Source of the DNA: a virus | DNA: 64,000 bases | Strand: one strand, 5' to 3' | Virus record (IMG/VR): IMGVR_UViG_3300031965_000011 | Coordinates: 1-64,000 of that record | Part shown: in pieces, positions 7,553 through 18,181 of the stretch | Position numbering within the stretch: the first letter of the stretch is position 1 | How the letters are laid out: each line of letters begins with the position of its first letter | The notes under the pieces: generated by a model | Databases searched by the model: none | Told to the model about the DNA's origin: nothing | The model's input: only the letters and a program-made list of their open reading frames with translations | Translations under genes and position numbers: made by a program

Positions 7553-10401
7553 ATGAAACGCTCAAGCTGATTCTTGACTTGGTGGTCAGGAACGCCCGCG
7601 GGGGCAAGCAAGTCGCCGATGACGTACGGCGGCTGCGCGTCGAGGCCACGGGATCGTCTCGCCCGCTGAATACCTACGAGAAGAATCTCGACCGCGTTGG
7701 CCGGCAGGCGCTCAAGTCGGCTGGCGATGTCGCTAAGCTGCGGCGCGAGATCCAAGATACGAACCGTATTGTTCTCACGGACAAGCGCGGGGCCATCACG
7801 GGCGTCGCGGGCGGCGCTGCATCTGGGGGCGCAAGGGGCGCGTCTAGCCTGTCCGGACTTGCCGGCGCTGGCGGTACGCTACTGGGCGGCATTGGCTTCG
7901 GCGCGGGCGCTTTCGGCGCCGCAGCTCTGACTAGTGAGGCGATCCAACTCACCGCGTCGATAATCGCAACCCAAGGCAAGTTGGAGGGGCTGAGCGCCAC
8001 TCTTGGCGTACTGGGCGACCGATTTGGTGTTTCGCAAGCGCAGATCGCAGGTACAGAAACCCGGCTAAAGTCACTCGGGCTAACGACCGTTCAATCACGC
8101 GAGTCGATCCGCGATTTCACGCGGGCCGGAGCCAGTCAAGAAGAGACCGTCACTCTGGTTGGCTTGGCGATGGACGCCGCCGCGCGTCAAGGCCTGACTC
8201 TTGATAACGCGTTTAGCAGACTCCAGCGAGGCTTACTCAAGGCCGAGCCCGAACTTCTCGACGAGCTTGGCATTGTCATCAACCTGACGAGGACGTTTGC
8301 GAATTACGCAAGGCAGCTAGGGATATCCAACGTACAGGCGCTCACTACCGAGCAACGATCTCGAGCTATGACCGAGGCGCTTGTAGCGATGGCCGACGCG
8401 GGCGGCGAGTTTGCGGCAGTAGGCGACACCGTGGCCGGCTCGCTGTTGAGGATTGACCAAGCCCAGGGCCGCGTACATGAAGGGCTGTCGAACCTGTTTA
8501 GGGGACCAGTGCTCGCCGGGGTGCAAGCCTACGAGGCAGTACTTCTCAGTATCGAAAGCGTTATTGACAGGCTGAACGTCAAGCCCGGCGGCGCAAGCCC
8601 TTTGTTTGTAGGCCTATCGGATGCGCTCGCAGAACAGAACGAAATAGATCAGTTTCGGCCGCAACGGCGCAGCAATCGCACTGTCGTCCTCCCCAAAGAC
8701 GAGGCCGAGGAAGAGCAGTTTAGGCAACTCCTGGTAGATATCGCTAAGGCCAGGTTCGAGTCGATTGGTCAGGTTATCCCGAAGCCTGTGGACCCCGGAG
8801 GGCTGGCGCTTGCAGGCCCGACCCTCGATGCCCGATCCGAGCAACAGGAGCTCGCCAAGGAGCTACGCGAAAAACTCGATCCGGTCGCTCAACGCTTGAT
8901 CGAAAGTCTTGCGCTGGAAAAGCTGGACGGACTTGCTCGTATTCGTGCTGATCGCGATCAAACGCTAGGCAAGCTGCAGGGCGCAAGCCCTGCGCTGCTG
9001 GCTCAGATTCGCGCCGGCTTCGAAGCGCGCGAAGTACGCGAGTTGATCGCACAACGCGAACGGCAAGGCGATTTTGAGCCGCTCAAGGGTTCATTCGAGA
9101 CGCGATCGGTCGAGCTCGACGCTAACGCCCAGTTTGAGCAGAGCAAGCTAATCCAGCGCGTCCGGCAAGTGCCTGGGGATATCGCCGCATTCAACCAAGG
9201 CCGCGTCCGCCAGATCGAGCAGATCGCCGACGCCGAAGAGCGCATCATTCAACTTCGTTCGCGGGACGGCTCCGAGATTCGCGACGTTCTGGCGATCCGG
9301 CTGAGCACCATCGAGCAGATCGCCGATATCGAAGGTGAGACCGCCCGCGTCGTCGAGGGCCGCCTACAGGCCCAGCTTGACGCCAGCGTGCAACTCGCCC
9401 AACTGGAGCGCGACAGGCTGGACCGCGGTCGCCAAGCCGCTGAATCGGCCTTTGATGCGCTGGTCTCTGGCGGTAGTGGCGGATTCGACGCGTTTCTTAA
9501 AGCGCAGGTGCTTGGCATCGGCCGCACGGTCACCGGCAACCTGGCAGAGCAAGTGCTCGCCAACTCCGGCACGCTGGGTCTTGACGGCCTGATCGGCGGC
9601 CAAACCAAAGACGGCAAACTCTCGCCGATTGGCAAGCTGCTGCAAGGCACGGCGCTAGGCGTGAACCCGGCGGACTTGCAGCGCGAGAACATCACGGCGC
9701 TGAGCCTCAACACGTCGGCGACGGAACGACTCACGGCTGCGCTTTCGGGCCGTGGCGGTAGTGATGGCTCATTCTTGACGCCGTTGCGGAAGTCTATCGG
9801 CGATGACGCAGGATTCCTGGGGCTGGACTGGCTCCGAGAGAGCAGCCAAGTCACCGCCGACGCGGCCGGCACGACCAGTGAGGCAACGAAGGAAACGAAT
9901 CAGCTTCTAGCCAAGATCGTGCAAACGAGTATCTTTGGAGCTGCCGGCGCGGCCGGAATCGCTGGCGGAGTTCGTAGGGGCGGCGTGGCCGGAGCGGTCC
10001 AAACCGGCGCCGGGATCGCCTCGACGGCTGGCGGAATACTGAGCGCCCTCAAGATCGGCTCTTCGTTCGCTGGTCCCTTGGCGGCCATCGGCCTAGGCGC
10101 TAGCCTCATCGGCTCATTCTTCGGCGGCCAAGACCCACTGAAGCGTGAGAAGCAGATACAGGACGAATTAAACCGCAACCGCTTCAATGCGCCGGAGTCG
10201 ATCAACCGAGAGTTCGATACGTTTGGGCGCTCGGTCGAGTCCGGCCCGAACGGCGTGCGGATCGTGAACGTGAACGTCACGACGATGGACGCCAAGTCCT
10301 TCATGGACAACCGGGCGATGATCGGCGAAGCGGCGCGCGTGGCGTTCAACGAAGACGGCGGCGCGACGTACAGCGATTTCCGCCGCGAGTTCGAGGGCTA
10401 A
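7549..10401 (+). CDS. Tail tape measure protein
   Basis: About 950 aa, long helical/coiled regions, Gly/Ala-rich hydrophobic stretches (GGAASGGARG..., GAAGAAGIAGG...), and position after the frameshifted chaperone. Confidence 0.85.
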   Translation: MNETLKLILDLVVRNARGGKQVADDVRRLRVEATGSSRPLNTYEKNLDRVGRQALKSAGDVAKLRREIQDTNRIVLTDKRGAITGVAGGAASGGARGASSLSGLAGAGGTLLGGIGFGAGAFGAAALTSEAIQLTASIIATQGKLEGLSATLGVLGDRFGVSQAQIAGTETRLKSLGLTTVQSRESIRDFTRAGASQEETVTLVGLAMDAAARQGLTLDNAFSRLQRGLLKAEPELLDELGIVINLTRTFANYARQLGISNVQALTTEQRSRAMTEALVAMADAGGEFAAVGDTVAGSLLRIDQAQGRVHEGLSNLFRGPVLAGVQAYEAVLLSIESVIDRLNVKPGGASPLFVGLSDALAEQNEIDQFRPQRRSNRTVVLPKDEAEEEQFRQLLVDIAKARFESIGQVIPKPVDPGGLALAGPTLDARSEQQELAKELREKLDPVAQRLIESLALEKLDGLARIRADRDQTLGKLQGASPALLAQIRAGFEAREVRELIAQRERQGDFEPLKGSFETRSVELDANAQFEQSKLIQRVRQVPGDIAAFNQGRVRQIEQIADAEERIIQLRSRDGSEIRDVLAIRLSTIEQIADIEGETARVVEGRLQAQLDASVQLAQLERDRLDRGRQAAESAFDALVSGGSGGFDAFLKAQVLGIGRTVTGNLAEQVLANSGTLGLDGLIGGQTKDGKLSPIGKLLQGTALGVNPADLQRENITALSLNTSATERLTAALSGRGGSDGSFLTPLRKSIGDDAGFLGLDWLRESSQVTADAAGTTSEATKETNQLLAKIVQTSIFGAAGAAGIAGGVRRGGVAGAVQTGAGIASTAGGILSALKIGSSFAGPLAAIGLGASLIGSFFGGQDPLKREKQIQDELNRNRFNAPESINREFDTFGRSVESGPNGVRIVNVNVTTMDAKSFMDNRAMIGEAARVAFNEDGGATYSDFRREFEG

Positions 10402-10830
10402 ATGGTTCGTATCGTCGTCTCAGGGCGGCTGGCGAGGTTACTCAGTATGATTCCGTGGCTCAAAATCCTAGCGGTCGGAGTAGATGCGCTGAAGACTCTT
10501 CGCGGGTCCGACAAGGCCGAAGACATGCAGGCCGCCGACATCATCGACCGAGCCAAAGAGACCGTCGAGCGCACGCTGACCGCGCTGCACGAGATTGAAG
10601 AGTCGCAAGATTACACGCCGGGGAAAAAGGCCCTCATCGCGAACTGGCTGAACCAGAACTTAGCGGATGCCCGCTTCATGATCCGCAAAGCTGGGCAGAT
10701 CGCCAAGCAGGACGTCGATGCGGATGCCATTGTGCGAGACATTTTCAAGGAAGTCGAAGATGTCCTGAATCGCGGCATCAAGGGCGACAAGCCCTACATC
10801 GAGGCGCCCAAGCCGATCGACCGGTACTAG
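10402..10830 (+). CDS. Hypothetical tail-module protein
   Basis: 142-aa ORF starting one nt after the tape-measure stop. Confidence 0.45.
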   Translation: MVRIVVSGRLARLLSMIPWLKILAVGVDALKTLRGSDKAEDMQAADIIDRAKETVERTLTALHEIEESQDYTPGKKALIANWLNQNLADARFMIRKAGQIAKQDVDADAIVRDIFKEVEDVLNRGIKGDKPYIEAPKPIDRY

Positions 10831-10833
10831 ACC

Positions 10834-11190
10834 GTGGCCAGCTTTCCTGATTTGGGCGGCAATGCGCCGTTCATGCACCCGTCGACGCGGACCAAACGCT
10901 ATGTCACGGACGTTAGTAAATTCGGCGATGGCTCAGAGCAGCGCAATCAATCGGCTTCCGCTGCGCTGGTCGATTGGGACATGCAGTTCGTGGATATCGC
11001 CCCTCACGAGCTGGAGCTGGTCCGCCAATTCTTCATCGACCAGAAAGGCATGGACGGCGTTCTCTGGGATATCACGGTGGGCGGCACGCTCTACGAAAAC
11101 ATGACGTTCATGGGCGACACATTCGAGGAACGCGAGAGCGGTCCGGATCAGTACGAGTTCACGCTACGGGCGCGGCAGTTGTCGGCCTAG
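10834..11190 (+). CDS. Minor tail protein, lambda gpM-like
   Basis: VSKFGDGSEQRN...ELELVRQFFIDQKGMDGVLWD parallels lambda gpM VRFGDGYSQRA...ESFLEEHGGWKSFLW. Confidence 0.55.
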   Translation: MASFPDLGGNAPFMHPSTRTKRYVTDVSKFGDGSEQRNQSASAALVDWDMQFVDIAPHELELVRQFFIDQKGMDGVLWDITVGGTLYENMTFMGDTFEERESGPDQYEFTLRARQLSA

Positions 11191-11221
11191 TTTCATTGGG
11201 ATTTAAGGCTACGGAGGATTC

Positions 11222-11743
11222 ATGGCAAAACGGCTCACAGCTACAGAGATTATCGACACACTGCTCGCGTTCGCAGGATCGCAGAGTGTAGCGCCGCAGG
11301 ACGTTGCGGACGGCGTGGACGGGGCGGCGGTCGAGTTAGACGGCGAACCCGCTATCGTCTTGTTCAATCTGGCGACCGCATCGGCGACGACGGAATTCAC
11401 GCTCGACGTGGAAGAGTCGGCCAACGGTACGACCGGATGGGAATCCGCTGATGCTGCTGATTTACTTGGCGGCGCCCTGCCGGCGATCACCACGGCGAAC
11501 GACAACGGCGTTGTGGCTCGCTACTACGTCGGCGGCGCGAACCACATCCGCGCGACCTTCGCGGACGACGCGGCCGGTACGCCCGCGCTGCTGGCTTCCG
11601 CGGCGGTCATCAAGACGCGCACGCTGGCGCACCTCAAGCCCTACGAGATCGATCAGGTCATGGACCAGCTTTCGCGGCGGTCGTTTGATCGCGGCACGGG
11701 CGATGTCCCGGTCCAGGCGCGGCTGAACGCGATCATCGCCTAA
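11222..11743 (+). CDS. Hypothetical tail-module protein
   Basis: 173-aa ORF. TAATG overlap with the next gene. Confidence 0.45.
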   Translation: MAKRLTATEIIDTLLAFAGSQSVAPQDVADGVDGAAVELDGEPAIVLFNLATASATTEFTLDVEESANGTTGWESADAADLLGGALPAITTANDNGVVARYYVGGANHIRATFADDAAGTPALLASAAVIKTRTLAHLKPYEIDQVMDQLSRRSFDRGTGDVPVQARLNAIIA

Positions 11744-12831
11744 TGGCATCGCGCGACATCAACGACCTCTTGATCGAGGTGCGAGGAAAGGCGGAACGGG
11801 TCCTGGAGCTCGCAAGAGTTTCAGGACTCGATCTGACTGTTTACTGCACCTATCGGTCAGACAAGGAGCAGGCGCAACTCTTTCGCAAGGGTCGCACGCT
11901 CGCACAGGTCGAAGCCAAAGCCGCCGAACTCCGCGACAAGTGGAGCCGTGCGGACTTGGCTGATGTGCTGATGGGCGTAGGCCCGCAGTTTGGGGCGAAG
12001 ATTACAAACGCCGGTCCGGGTCAGTCCGCGCATAACTACGGGCTGGCGTTTGACGCCGTGCCGATGTCCGGCGGGAAGGCCGTATGGGACGGCAGCGATC
12101 CGATCTGGGAAGCCTACGGCAAGATCGTACGCGAGGCCGGTCTCGAATGGGGCGGCGACTGGTCGGGGTTCATCGATAAGCCGCACGCGCAACTGAAGGG
12201 CTTCAACTGGCGCGATCACATCGGGATGAAGAATGCAGCCGTCGCTATTCCCTCAAATGACCCCGCCCCTGGCTCCGGGAACATGCAAGGGTCTGACCAA
12301 GAAAGGACGGCAGTGCCGCAACCCGGTATCGAAGCGAGCCCGCTCGGAGGGCCTCAGCCTATGCGGCTCGCACTACCTGAGCCGGTTGTCGAAATCCAGC
12401 CAGCAGCAGGACCAATCGCTGTTGCGCCGCCTGAAGCGACTCGTCGGCTTGAAGTAGTGTACGTCGCCGGGCCGTACCGTTCTGAGCGCGGCATGTACGG
12501 CGTCAAGCGCAATATCGACTTGGCGCTGGAGGTTTCGCGGGATCTGTGGCGGTTAGGCTACGTGCCGATCTGTCCGCACGGCAATTCCTACATGATGGAC
12601 GGGCCGGATGTCCCGGCTGGGACGTTCTTGCGCGGCGATCTGGAGCTTGTGAGGCGGTCGGATTCGGTCTGCCTGCTTCCGGGATGGGAGAAGAGCGAAG
12701 GGGCGCGCGGAGAAGCGGCCCTGGCCCTGGAAGCGGGCAAGCCGTTCATTGGACCAACTGGCGGCCCTCCATTCAAGTGGGGATTCGTACCAATGCTGGA
12801 CTCTCAGGTTCGCGCCGTCCTGAACGTCTAA
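11743..12831 (+). CDS. Fusion: peptidase M15 (VanY/L-Ala-D-Glu peptidase-like) N-domain plus DUF4406 / nucleoside 2-deoxyribosyltransferase-like C-domain
   Basis: N-domain: YRSDKEQAQLFRKGRT...QSAHNYGLAFDAVP...GLEWGGDWSGFIDKPHAQL. C-domain: VVYVAGPYRSE...GDLELVRRSDSVCLLPGWEKSEGARGEAALALEAGKP. The two are joined by an 80-aa Pro-rich linker. Confidence 0.65.
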   Translation: MASRDINDLLIEVRGKAERVLELARVSGLDLTVYCTYRSDKEQAQLFRKGRTLAQVEAKAAELRDKWSRADLADVLMGVGPQFGAKITNAGPGQSAHNYGLAFDAVPMSGGKAVWDGSDPIWEAYGKIVREAGLEWGGDWSGFIDKPHAQLKGFNWRDHIGMKNAAVAIPSNDPAPGSGNMQGSDQERTAVPQPGIEASPLGGPQPMRLALPEPVVEIQPAAGPIAVAPPEATRRLEVVYVAGPYRSERGMYGVKRNIDLALEVSRDLWRLGYVPICPHGNSYMMDGPDVPAGTFLRGDLELVRRSDSVCLLPGWEKSEGARGEAALALEAGKPFIGPTGGPPFKWGFVPMLDSQVRAVLNV

Positions 12832-13659
12832 ATGGCCGTCTACTTCCCACAGGTCGCGGGCATAACGACTTCGCTGCCCTACGCGCGCGCCCTGACGTTC
12901 AACACTCGCGCCACGGATAACGAAGCCGCCGGGAAGCGCTTCGCGTCGGCGCGTGCGGCGAATCCGGTCCGCCAGTTCGGCGTTTTCGCCGACAAGATCG
13001 ACGCCGCAGGCCGCGACGAGTTAGAAGCGTTCTTCGACGCTATGAAGGGTCGCTACGGCGAGTTTCAGTTTCTCGACCCCTCCGGCAACCTGATTCAGCG
13101 CTCCGAAGACTTCAGCGACGCGAGTTGGACGAAGACCAACGTCACGGTCGGCGCCGCGCAGGCAGATCCCAACGGCGGGATGAACGCCTACCGGCTCACG
13201 GGCACGGCGGCGGACAGCTTGATTCGCACCGTGTTCCTGCCCGATGGGGACGCGCTCACGGTCACGAACGGCGATGCCCTATGGTTCACGGCCTCTGTCT
13301 GGCTCAAGGCCGTCAGCGCCCCACAATCGCTCCTGGTAGGGTTTCGCGATGCGTCGGCAGTCGTGTTTTCGGTTGCGGTCACTTTGACGACCGGTTGGCA
13401 GCGCTTCAAGCTGGCCTGGCAAGCCGACACCGACGACGCGCTGAGCGTTCAGTTCGGCGGCTCGAGCACTTGGGGCGCGGTCGCTATTGACTTCTACGGT
13501 CCGCAAGTTGCGCCCTTGCCTGATCGCGGCGGCTATCACCCGACGCCGGCCGGGTACGGACTGTACCCCAAGTGCCGATTCGACAGCGATAGCTTTCCCG
13601 ATCAAGGAATCGAGCCGGGCCTTTCGCGGATTGAGCTGCCAGTCGTGACCTACTCCTAA
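12832..13659 (+). CDS. Tail protein (DUF2460/GTA-like N-region, carbohydrate-binding-like C-region)
   Basis: LEAFFDAMKGRYGEFQFLDP resembles the FF.ar.G...F.f.Dp motif. SEDFSDASWTKTNVTV...DPNGGMNAYRL resembles fibre/CBM-type modules. Confidence 0.45.
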   Translation: MAVYFPQVAGITTSLPYARALTFNTRATDNEAAGKRFASARAANPVRQFGVFADKIDAAGRDELEAFFDAMKGRYGEFQFLDPSGNLIQRSEDFSDASWTKTNVTVGAAQADPNGGMNAYRLTGTAADSLIRTVFLPDGDALTVTNGDALWFTASVWLKAVSAPQSLLVGFRDASAVVFSVAVTLTTGWQRFKLAWQADTDDALSVQFGGSSTWGAVAIDFYGPQVAPLPDRGGYHPTPAGYGLYPKCRFDSDSFPDQGIEPGLSRIELPVVTYS

Positions 13660-16600
13660 ATGCCCCCATCAACCATCAACGCCGACAAGGAGCTGGCTCT
13701 TACCTACCAACCGCTCCTACTTGCGGAGGGTATTCTTGTCGACGGAACGGAGATCTTTCTAGCGACGCACGCGGTTACCTACTCCGGCAATGTCCACCTG
13801 CCAAGAATCGAAGAGCAGCAGATTGACGCGATTCAGCAGCTAGGCCCGCAAGGCATTGAGGCTCCGGCCAAGATCTCCCTGCGGCTCAAAGACGGCGATC
13901 TCTTTCTCTACCAGAACTACGTCAACACGGTCGGATTCTCTGGCGGGTCATGGGTGCTTCGGTTCGTCCTCTGGGAGCCAGGCACAAGCAATTTCAGCAA
14001 CAGCGTCGTCAAGTTCTACGGGGTCTCGAACGAAGCCGAAGAGCCGGATGACTCCGGCTTGATGACGCTGGAGATGTCCTCCAAGCTGGACTTCCAGCGG
14101 GTCATCTTCCCGCCGGTCAAGAATCAAAAGCGCTGCCCGCATTTCTTCCCGAAAACAGCGGCGGAGCGACAAGCGGCCGCCGACGATTCGTCCTCGCGAT
14201 TCTTCCCGTGCGGCTATTCGCCGGACGCCTCAGGCGGTGAAGCGCGCGGCAACTACGAGACGGGCGTAACGCCGTTCCCAACTTGCGATCGGACCTATGG
14301 CCATTGCATCGCCCGTCTTGGCGATAGCGGAGCGCTGGTCCAGATCCAGCAAGACGAATCAGCCCGAGCGACGGGCAATTTCGGCGGCATCCAAAACGAT
14401 CCGCCGGACGTGATTAGCCGCGCGCCGAAGTCAGCGTACGAGCGCGTACAAGGCAGCGATTCGCGCGAGCTCGGCTCCGCCGATTCCCCGATTCCGCTGG
14501 TCTACGGTCGCCAGTGGGTTCGGGGCATTCCGACCTCGCAAGCAGCCGACGCCAACATCACCGGCCAAGAGTGCGTCTTGTCGTACGGTCAGACCGGCGA
14601 CTTTTTGCGGATGGTCGTTAACGGCGTGGAAATCCCGCGTTCGGGATCGGGCCGCGATTCCCTCGACGCGGGCTTCTGGGGGGCGGTTAACGACGGCAAG
14701 CGGCGCGGCTCCGTCAACGTCGTTTCGCTATGGACTAACAGCCCGCGGCTAGACCCTTACGGCTCGATCGCAACCGCTGTAGTCGTTGTTCCCCGGCAGC
14801 TTGCCGAGGCGGGCGAGGCGATGGCCGCCGACGTCTTGATTCAAGGACGGATCGTTCGCGTCTATACCGACCCATCGACCTTCTCGACGATCTTCAGCGA
14901 GAACCCGGTTTGGATCTTGATGGACATGATCGTCCTGTCGGGTCAACTCAACTACAGCGATTTCAAGATAGCCAGTTGGATCACGGCAGCGACGTTCTGC
15001 GCGACAACGATAACAGCCCCGAACCTGACGAAAGAGTTAGGCGGGCCGGACACGCTCACGCACGCGCGATTCAAGGCCGCATTCACAATTCGAGACACGC
15101 GCTCGCTCGCGGACATCGTCCGGGGGCTTCGCAACGCCGCGCGCCTTGACGTGCGCATGGACGATGCTGGCCTGATCGATATTCGGGTGCTGCAGACGCT
15201 GGCTGGCCAGCAGCCGAGCGCGGTAGCCGGGTCGAATTTCGACACGGCGATTCGTTCGAAATCCGCATCTGGCTCCACGGTCAACGGGTTCGCTGCCTAT
15301 AAGTTCGACGAGTCGAACATCCTCGAAAAGTCGAACGGCGAGCTCGCTATTTCCCGGTCGGTTGAGAAGATCCGCGACGCGGAAAACTCCTACCACGCGC
15401 GCTTCCAGAACGAATACCGCGCATACACCGAAGACTCGGTACAGATCTACGAAGATGTTGCCGTAGCGACCGCTGGCAAGATCAACGCCACGACGGCGCC
15501 GATCCTCGGGCCGGTCAATTACGACCAACACCTTCGGACGATCAGGACGCTATTAGCGCGGCGCTTCCGCGGCAATCCGCAAGACCTGCCCATCGGCACG
15601 TGGTCCTTCGACATCGAAACGACCATCAAGGGTTCGCACCTCAAGGTCAATGATATCGTCCTGCTGGACGTTCAAAAGTACAACCTGGACGCGGGCCTGC
15701 TGACCGGCGCGGACGAGTCGCTCGACGGTTGCTTGTGCCGCGTCACGAAGATTTCGCCGGCAACAAACTACCGCAAGGCCAAGTTCACGCTCGAATGGCA
15801 CAGCGACGATTGGTACGTCGATACGTTTGGCCAGGAAGACGAGCCCGCTTTCACTAAGTCCCGCAGGGACCGGCCCAAGCGGCCGCCGCATCCGTGGCAA
15901 GGCTATGAGACGCAGCCGTCGTCCGGCGATGCGCTGTACGACGAGAGCGAGTACTTCTTTGGGATCGCTCAGCGCTACGAGGTTTCATCGGATGGGACAG
16001 CGCTGGCGCGCATCAAGCTTGTCGGCGAACTCCCGGTCAATTTCACCTCGAACAAGGTCGGTATTCCGTCAGTTCCCATTGATGGTTCAGTGGACGGCGG
16101 CGGCGGATCGATTCCCGGCGATCAGACGGTCTGGATCGGACTCACGGCTCTCGACGCTGACGGCAACGAGGGGTCGCTAAGCGAGTTAGTCAAGACGGAT
16201 CTACCGGCCGGAGTGAACTTCGCTGTCGATATCCCCGATGTGGTGATTCCGCCGGCCACGGGCTACGTTTGCTATACGGGCACGGACCCGCGCTTGCTGA
16301 CGTTCAATCACACGAGCGCTTCGAGCCCGTCCACGATAAAAGTCACGGATCTGAATGTCCAACACTATGGACCGCCCGACACGGCGTTTGAGCGACTAAA
16401 GGTCCGGGCCAAGATCGTCGAGCACGCCGGCGTCTTGGGCGTCCAGATCAGCAGCTTGGCGGCTACGACGATCACGGTCATCGATGCGCTGTGGACGACA
16501 GATGAATGGGCTGGACGGATAATTTCGTTTCTCGGCTTTGAAGACGACGAGAACCTCATCCCGATCCTGCATTTCGCGATCATCTCCAATACGTCGGACA

Positions 16601-18132
16601 CCCTGACGTTTTCAGGGGTTGATCTCGTCGCGTTGGGCATCGAGGCTCTAGACGTCATGACCATACGGTCGCAACCGACCGCGGCGACCGCCAACACGTA
16701 CACCGATTCGAAGTGGTTCAACTCGCTGGCGACGATGGATTCCGAGTTGCCGCTGGATATTATCTCCATCGCCGACGTGGGCGGCGAAGCGGAGATCGAG
16801 ACGGCTGCGGCGCACGGCTATACGACTGGCGATAAGCTGCGCGTAACGGGCGTCGTTGCTGGGCTCAAAGGCGTCTGGACGATCACCGTCACGACCACGC
16901 AAAAATTCACGCTCGACGGCTCGACCTACGCGCCTGGGCCGCTGGGTCAGGTCCGCAAGCTCGCGAACGGGCTTACTCCGGGCGAAGAGATCGGCCGACT
17001 GGCGCGGATCATCGCCGGGCCGGGCCGCGGCACGGTTCGCAAGATCATCGCCAACACGGAAACGCAGATCACGATTGACGGCGATTGGGGATTGACCGAT
17101 CCAAACGACCTGCTCGACTCAACGATCATCATCGAGCAGGCGAACTGGTCAACGGAGGCCGAATCGTCGCCCATCAGCAACCGCTCGCGCGGCATCACGA
17201 CCGAGCTTGAGATTCCGATTGAGAACCTGTTGCGGCGTATCCTCCTGGTCGAACCGGTCGGCGTGAATCGTGAGGGCAAGGAGTCCATCGCGGCGCTATC
17301 CCAAGAGCGTGAAATTTTCGTCTTTGGCGCACGCAGGCTCGGACGACAACAGATTGTCTATGGCGCTATCGAGTACACCCTGTTCTTCGGGCTCTACGCT
17401 AGCTACCAAGGGCCGTCAAACAACATCGCCGGAGACGTCCTGGTATTCATCGCGGGCAACAATCGTTTTTACGAGACGCCGTACACGCACGCCGTCTTTA
17501 ACGGTCTCACTTGGGACATATACCGCCACCAATGGCGAATGCGGCCGCTAGACCCGACTGGCTTTAGTTGGAATACCGGATCTGACGTCGACAGCGAAAT
17601 AGGCGGCGCGACGACATTCACGATTACCCCCGGAACAGCGCTGAAGTTCTTCGGCAAGACGGCTCCGGCGACGCCCTACACGATCGTCGCAACGCTGATG
17701 GTTGAATCCTGGGATGCGACGCTGAAGGTCGGTCTCGGATGGAAGGATTCGAGCACTGGAGAGATAGAGCACTCCTGCTACGTCCCCTCGGTTGCCGAAT
17801 TCATAGGCGGCGAAAGATGGACAGACCTCAATACCCCTGCCGGGGTATGGGTTTCTAGGCAAGCCGATCTGATTGCAGAGCGAGTAGTCCAGATCATCAT
17901 CACGAACAACGGGACCACGCGGACTGGCCACTATCGTTTCGAGGGGCGGCCGTCTGCTGGGACCGGCATTCTTGGCCAGGGCGGCTATAGCCGCCCTGTC
18001 GGCGACTTTCTGGATGAAGACGAAGTGGGACTTACGTTCTACAACGATCGAACGGTGATTCCTGGGCAGGACGACGGCGAAGTCGATGTCACTGTCTTGA
18101 GCTGGGAAGAGTTCCCGGAGATCGTGACCTAG
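13660..18132 (+). CDS. Central tail fibre / host-specificity protein (lambda gpJ analogue)
   Basis: 1490-aa ORF at the gpJ position downstream of the tape measure, gpM-like gene and peptidase. Confidence 0.65.
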   Translation: MPPSTINADKELALTYQPLLLAEGILVDGTEIFLATHAVTYSGNVHLPRIEEQQIDAIQQLGPQGIEAPAKISLRLKDGDLFLYQNYVNTVGFSGGSWVLRFVLWEPGTSNFSNSVVKFYGVSNEAEEPDDSGLMTLEMSSKLDFQRVIFPPVKNQKRCPHFFPKTAAERQAAADDSSSRFFPCGYSPDASGGEARGNYETGVTPFPTCDRTYGHCIARLGDSGALVQIQQDESARATGNFGGIQNDPPDVISRAPKSAYERVQGSDSRELGSADSPIPLVYGRQWVRGIPTSQAADANITGQECVLSYGQTGDFLRMVVNGVEIPRSGSGRDSLDAGFWGAVNDGKRRGSVNVVSLWTNSPRLDPYGSIATAVVVVPRQLAEAGEAMAADVLIQGRIVRVYTDPSTFSTIFSENPVWILMDMIVLSGQLNYSDFKIASWITAATFCATTITAPNLTKELGGPDTLTHARFKAAFTIRDTRSLADIVRGLRNAARLDVRMDDAGLIDIRVLQTLAGQQPSAVAGSNFDTAIRSKSASGSTVNGFAAYKFDESNILEKSNGELAISRSVEKIRDAENSYHARFQNEYRAYTEDSVQIYEDVAVATAGKINATTAPILGPVNYDQHLRTIRTLLARRFRGNPQDLPIGTWSFDIETTIKGSHLKVNDIVLLDVQKYNLDAGLLTGADESLDGCLCRVTKISPATNYRKAKFTLEWHSDDWYVDTFGQEDEPAFTKSRRDRPKRPPHPWQGYETQPSSGDALYDESEYFFGIAQRYEVSSDGTALARIKLVGELPVNFTSNKVGIPSVPIDGSVDGGGGSIPGDQTVWIGLTALDADGNEGSLSELVKTDLPAGVNFAVDIPDVVIPPATGYVCYTGTDPRLLTFNHTSASSPSTIKVTDLNVQHYGPPDTAFERLKVRAKIVEHAGVLGVQISSLAATTITVIDALWTTDEWAGRIISFLGFEDDENLIPILHFAIISNTSDTLTFSGVDLVALGIEALDVMTIRSQPTAATANTYTDSKWFNSLATMDSELPLDIISIADVGGEAEIETAAAHGYTTGDKLRVTGVVAGLKGVWTITVTTTQKFTLDGSTYAPGPLGQVRKLANGLTPGEEIGRLARIIAGPGRGTVRKIIANTETQITIDGDWGLTDPNDLLDSTIIIEQANWSTEAESSPISNRSRGITTELEIPIENLLRRILLVEPVGVNREGKESIAALSQEREIFVFGARRLGRQQIVYGAIEYTLFFGLYASYQGPSNNIAGDVLVFIAGNNRFYETPYTHAVFNGLTWDIYRHQWRMRPLDPTGFSWNTGSDVDSEIGGATTFTITPGTALKFFGKTAPATPYTIVATLMVESWDATLKVGLGWKDSSTGEIEHSCYVPSVAEFIGGERWTDLNTPAGVWVSRQADLIAERVVQIIITNNGTTRTGHYRFEGRPSAGTGILGQGGYSRPVGDFLDEDEVGLTFYNDRTVIPGQDDGEVDVTVLSWEEFPEIVT

Positions 18133-18181
18133 CGGACCGAGAAGAGGTTAAGGCCGTGGAAGTGGAAGTCAAGGAGACCAA

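Noticed and set aside
11743-12831. Calling the M15 peptidase gene the endolysin of a lysis cassette
   Set aside because: It is embedded in the tail module at the gpK position with no adjacent holin- or spanin-like small membrane genes. A canonical lysis cassette was not identified in this window and may lie outside it.
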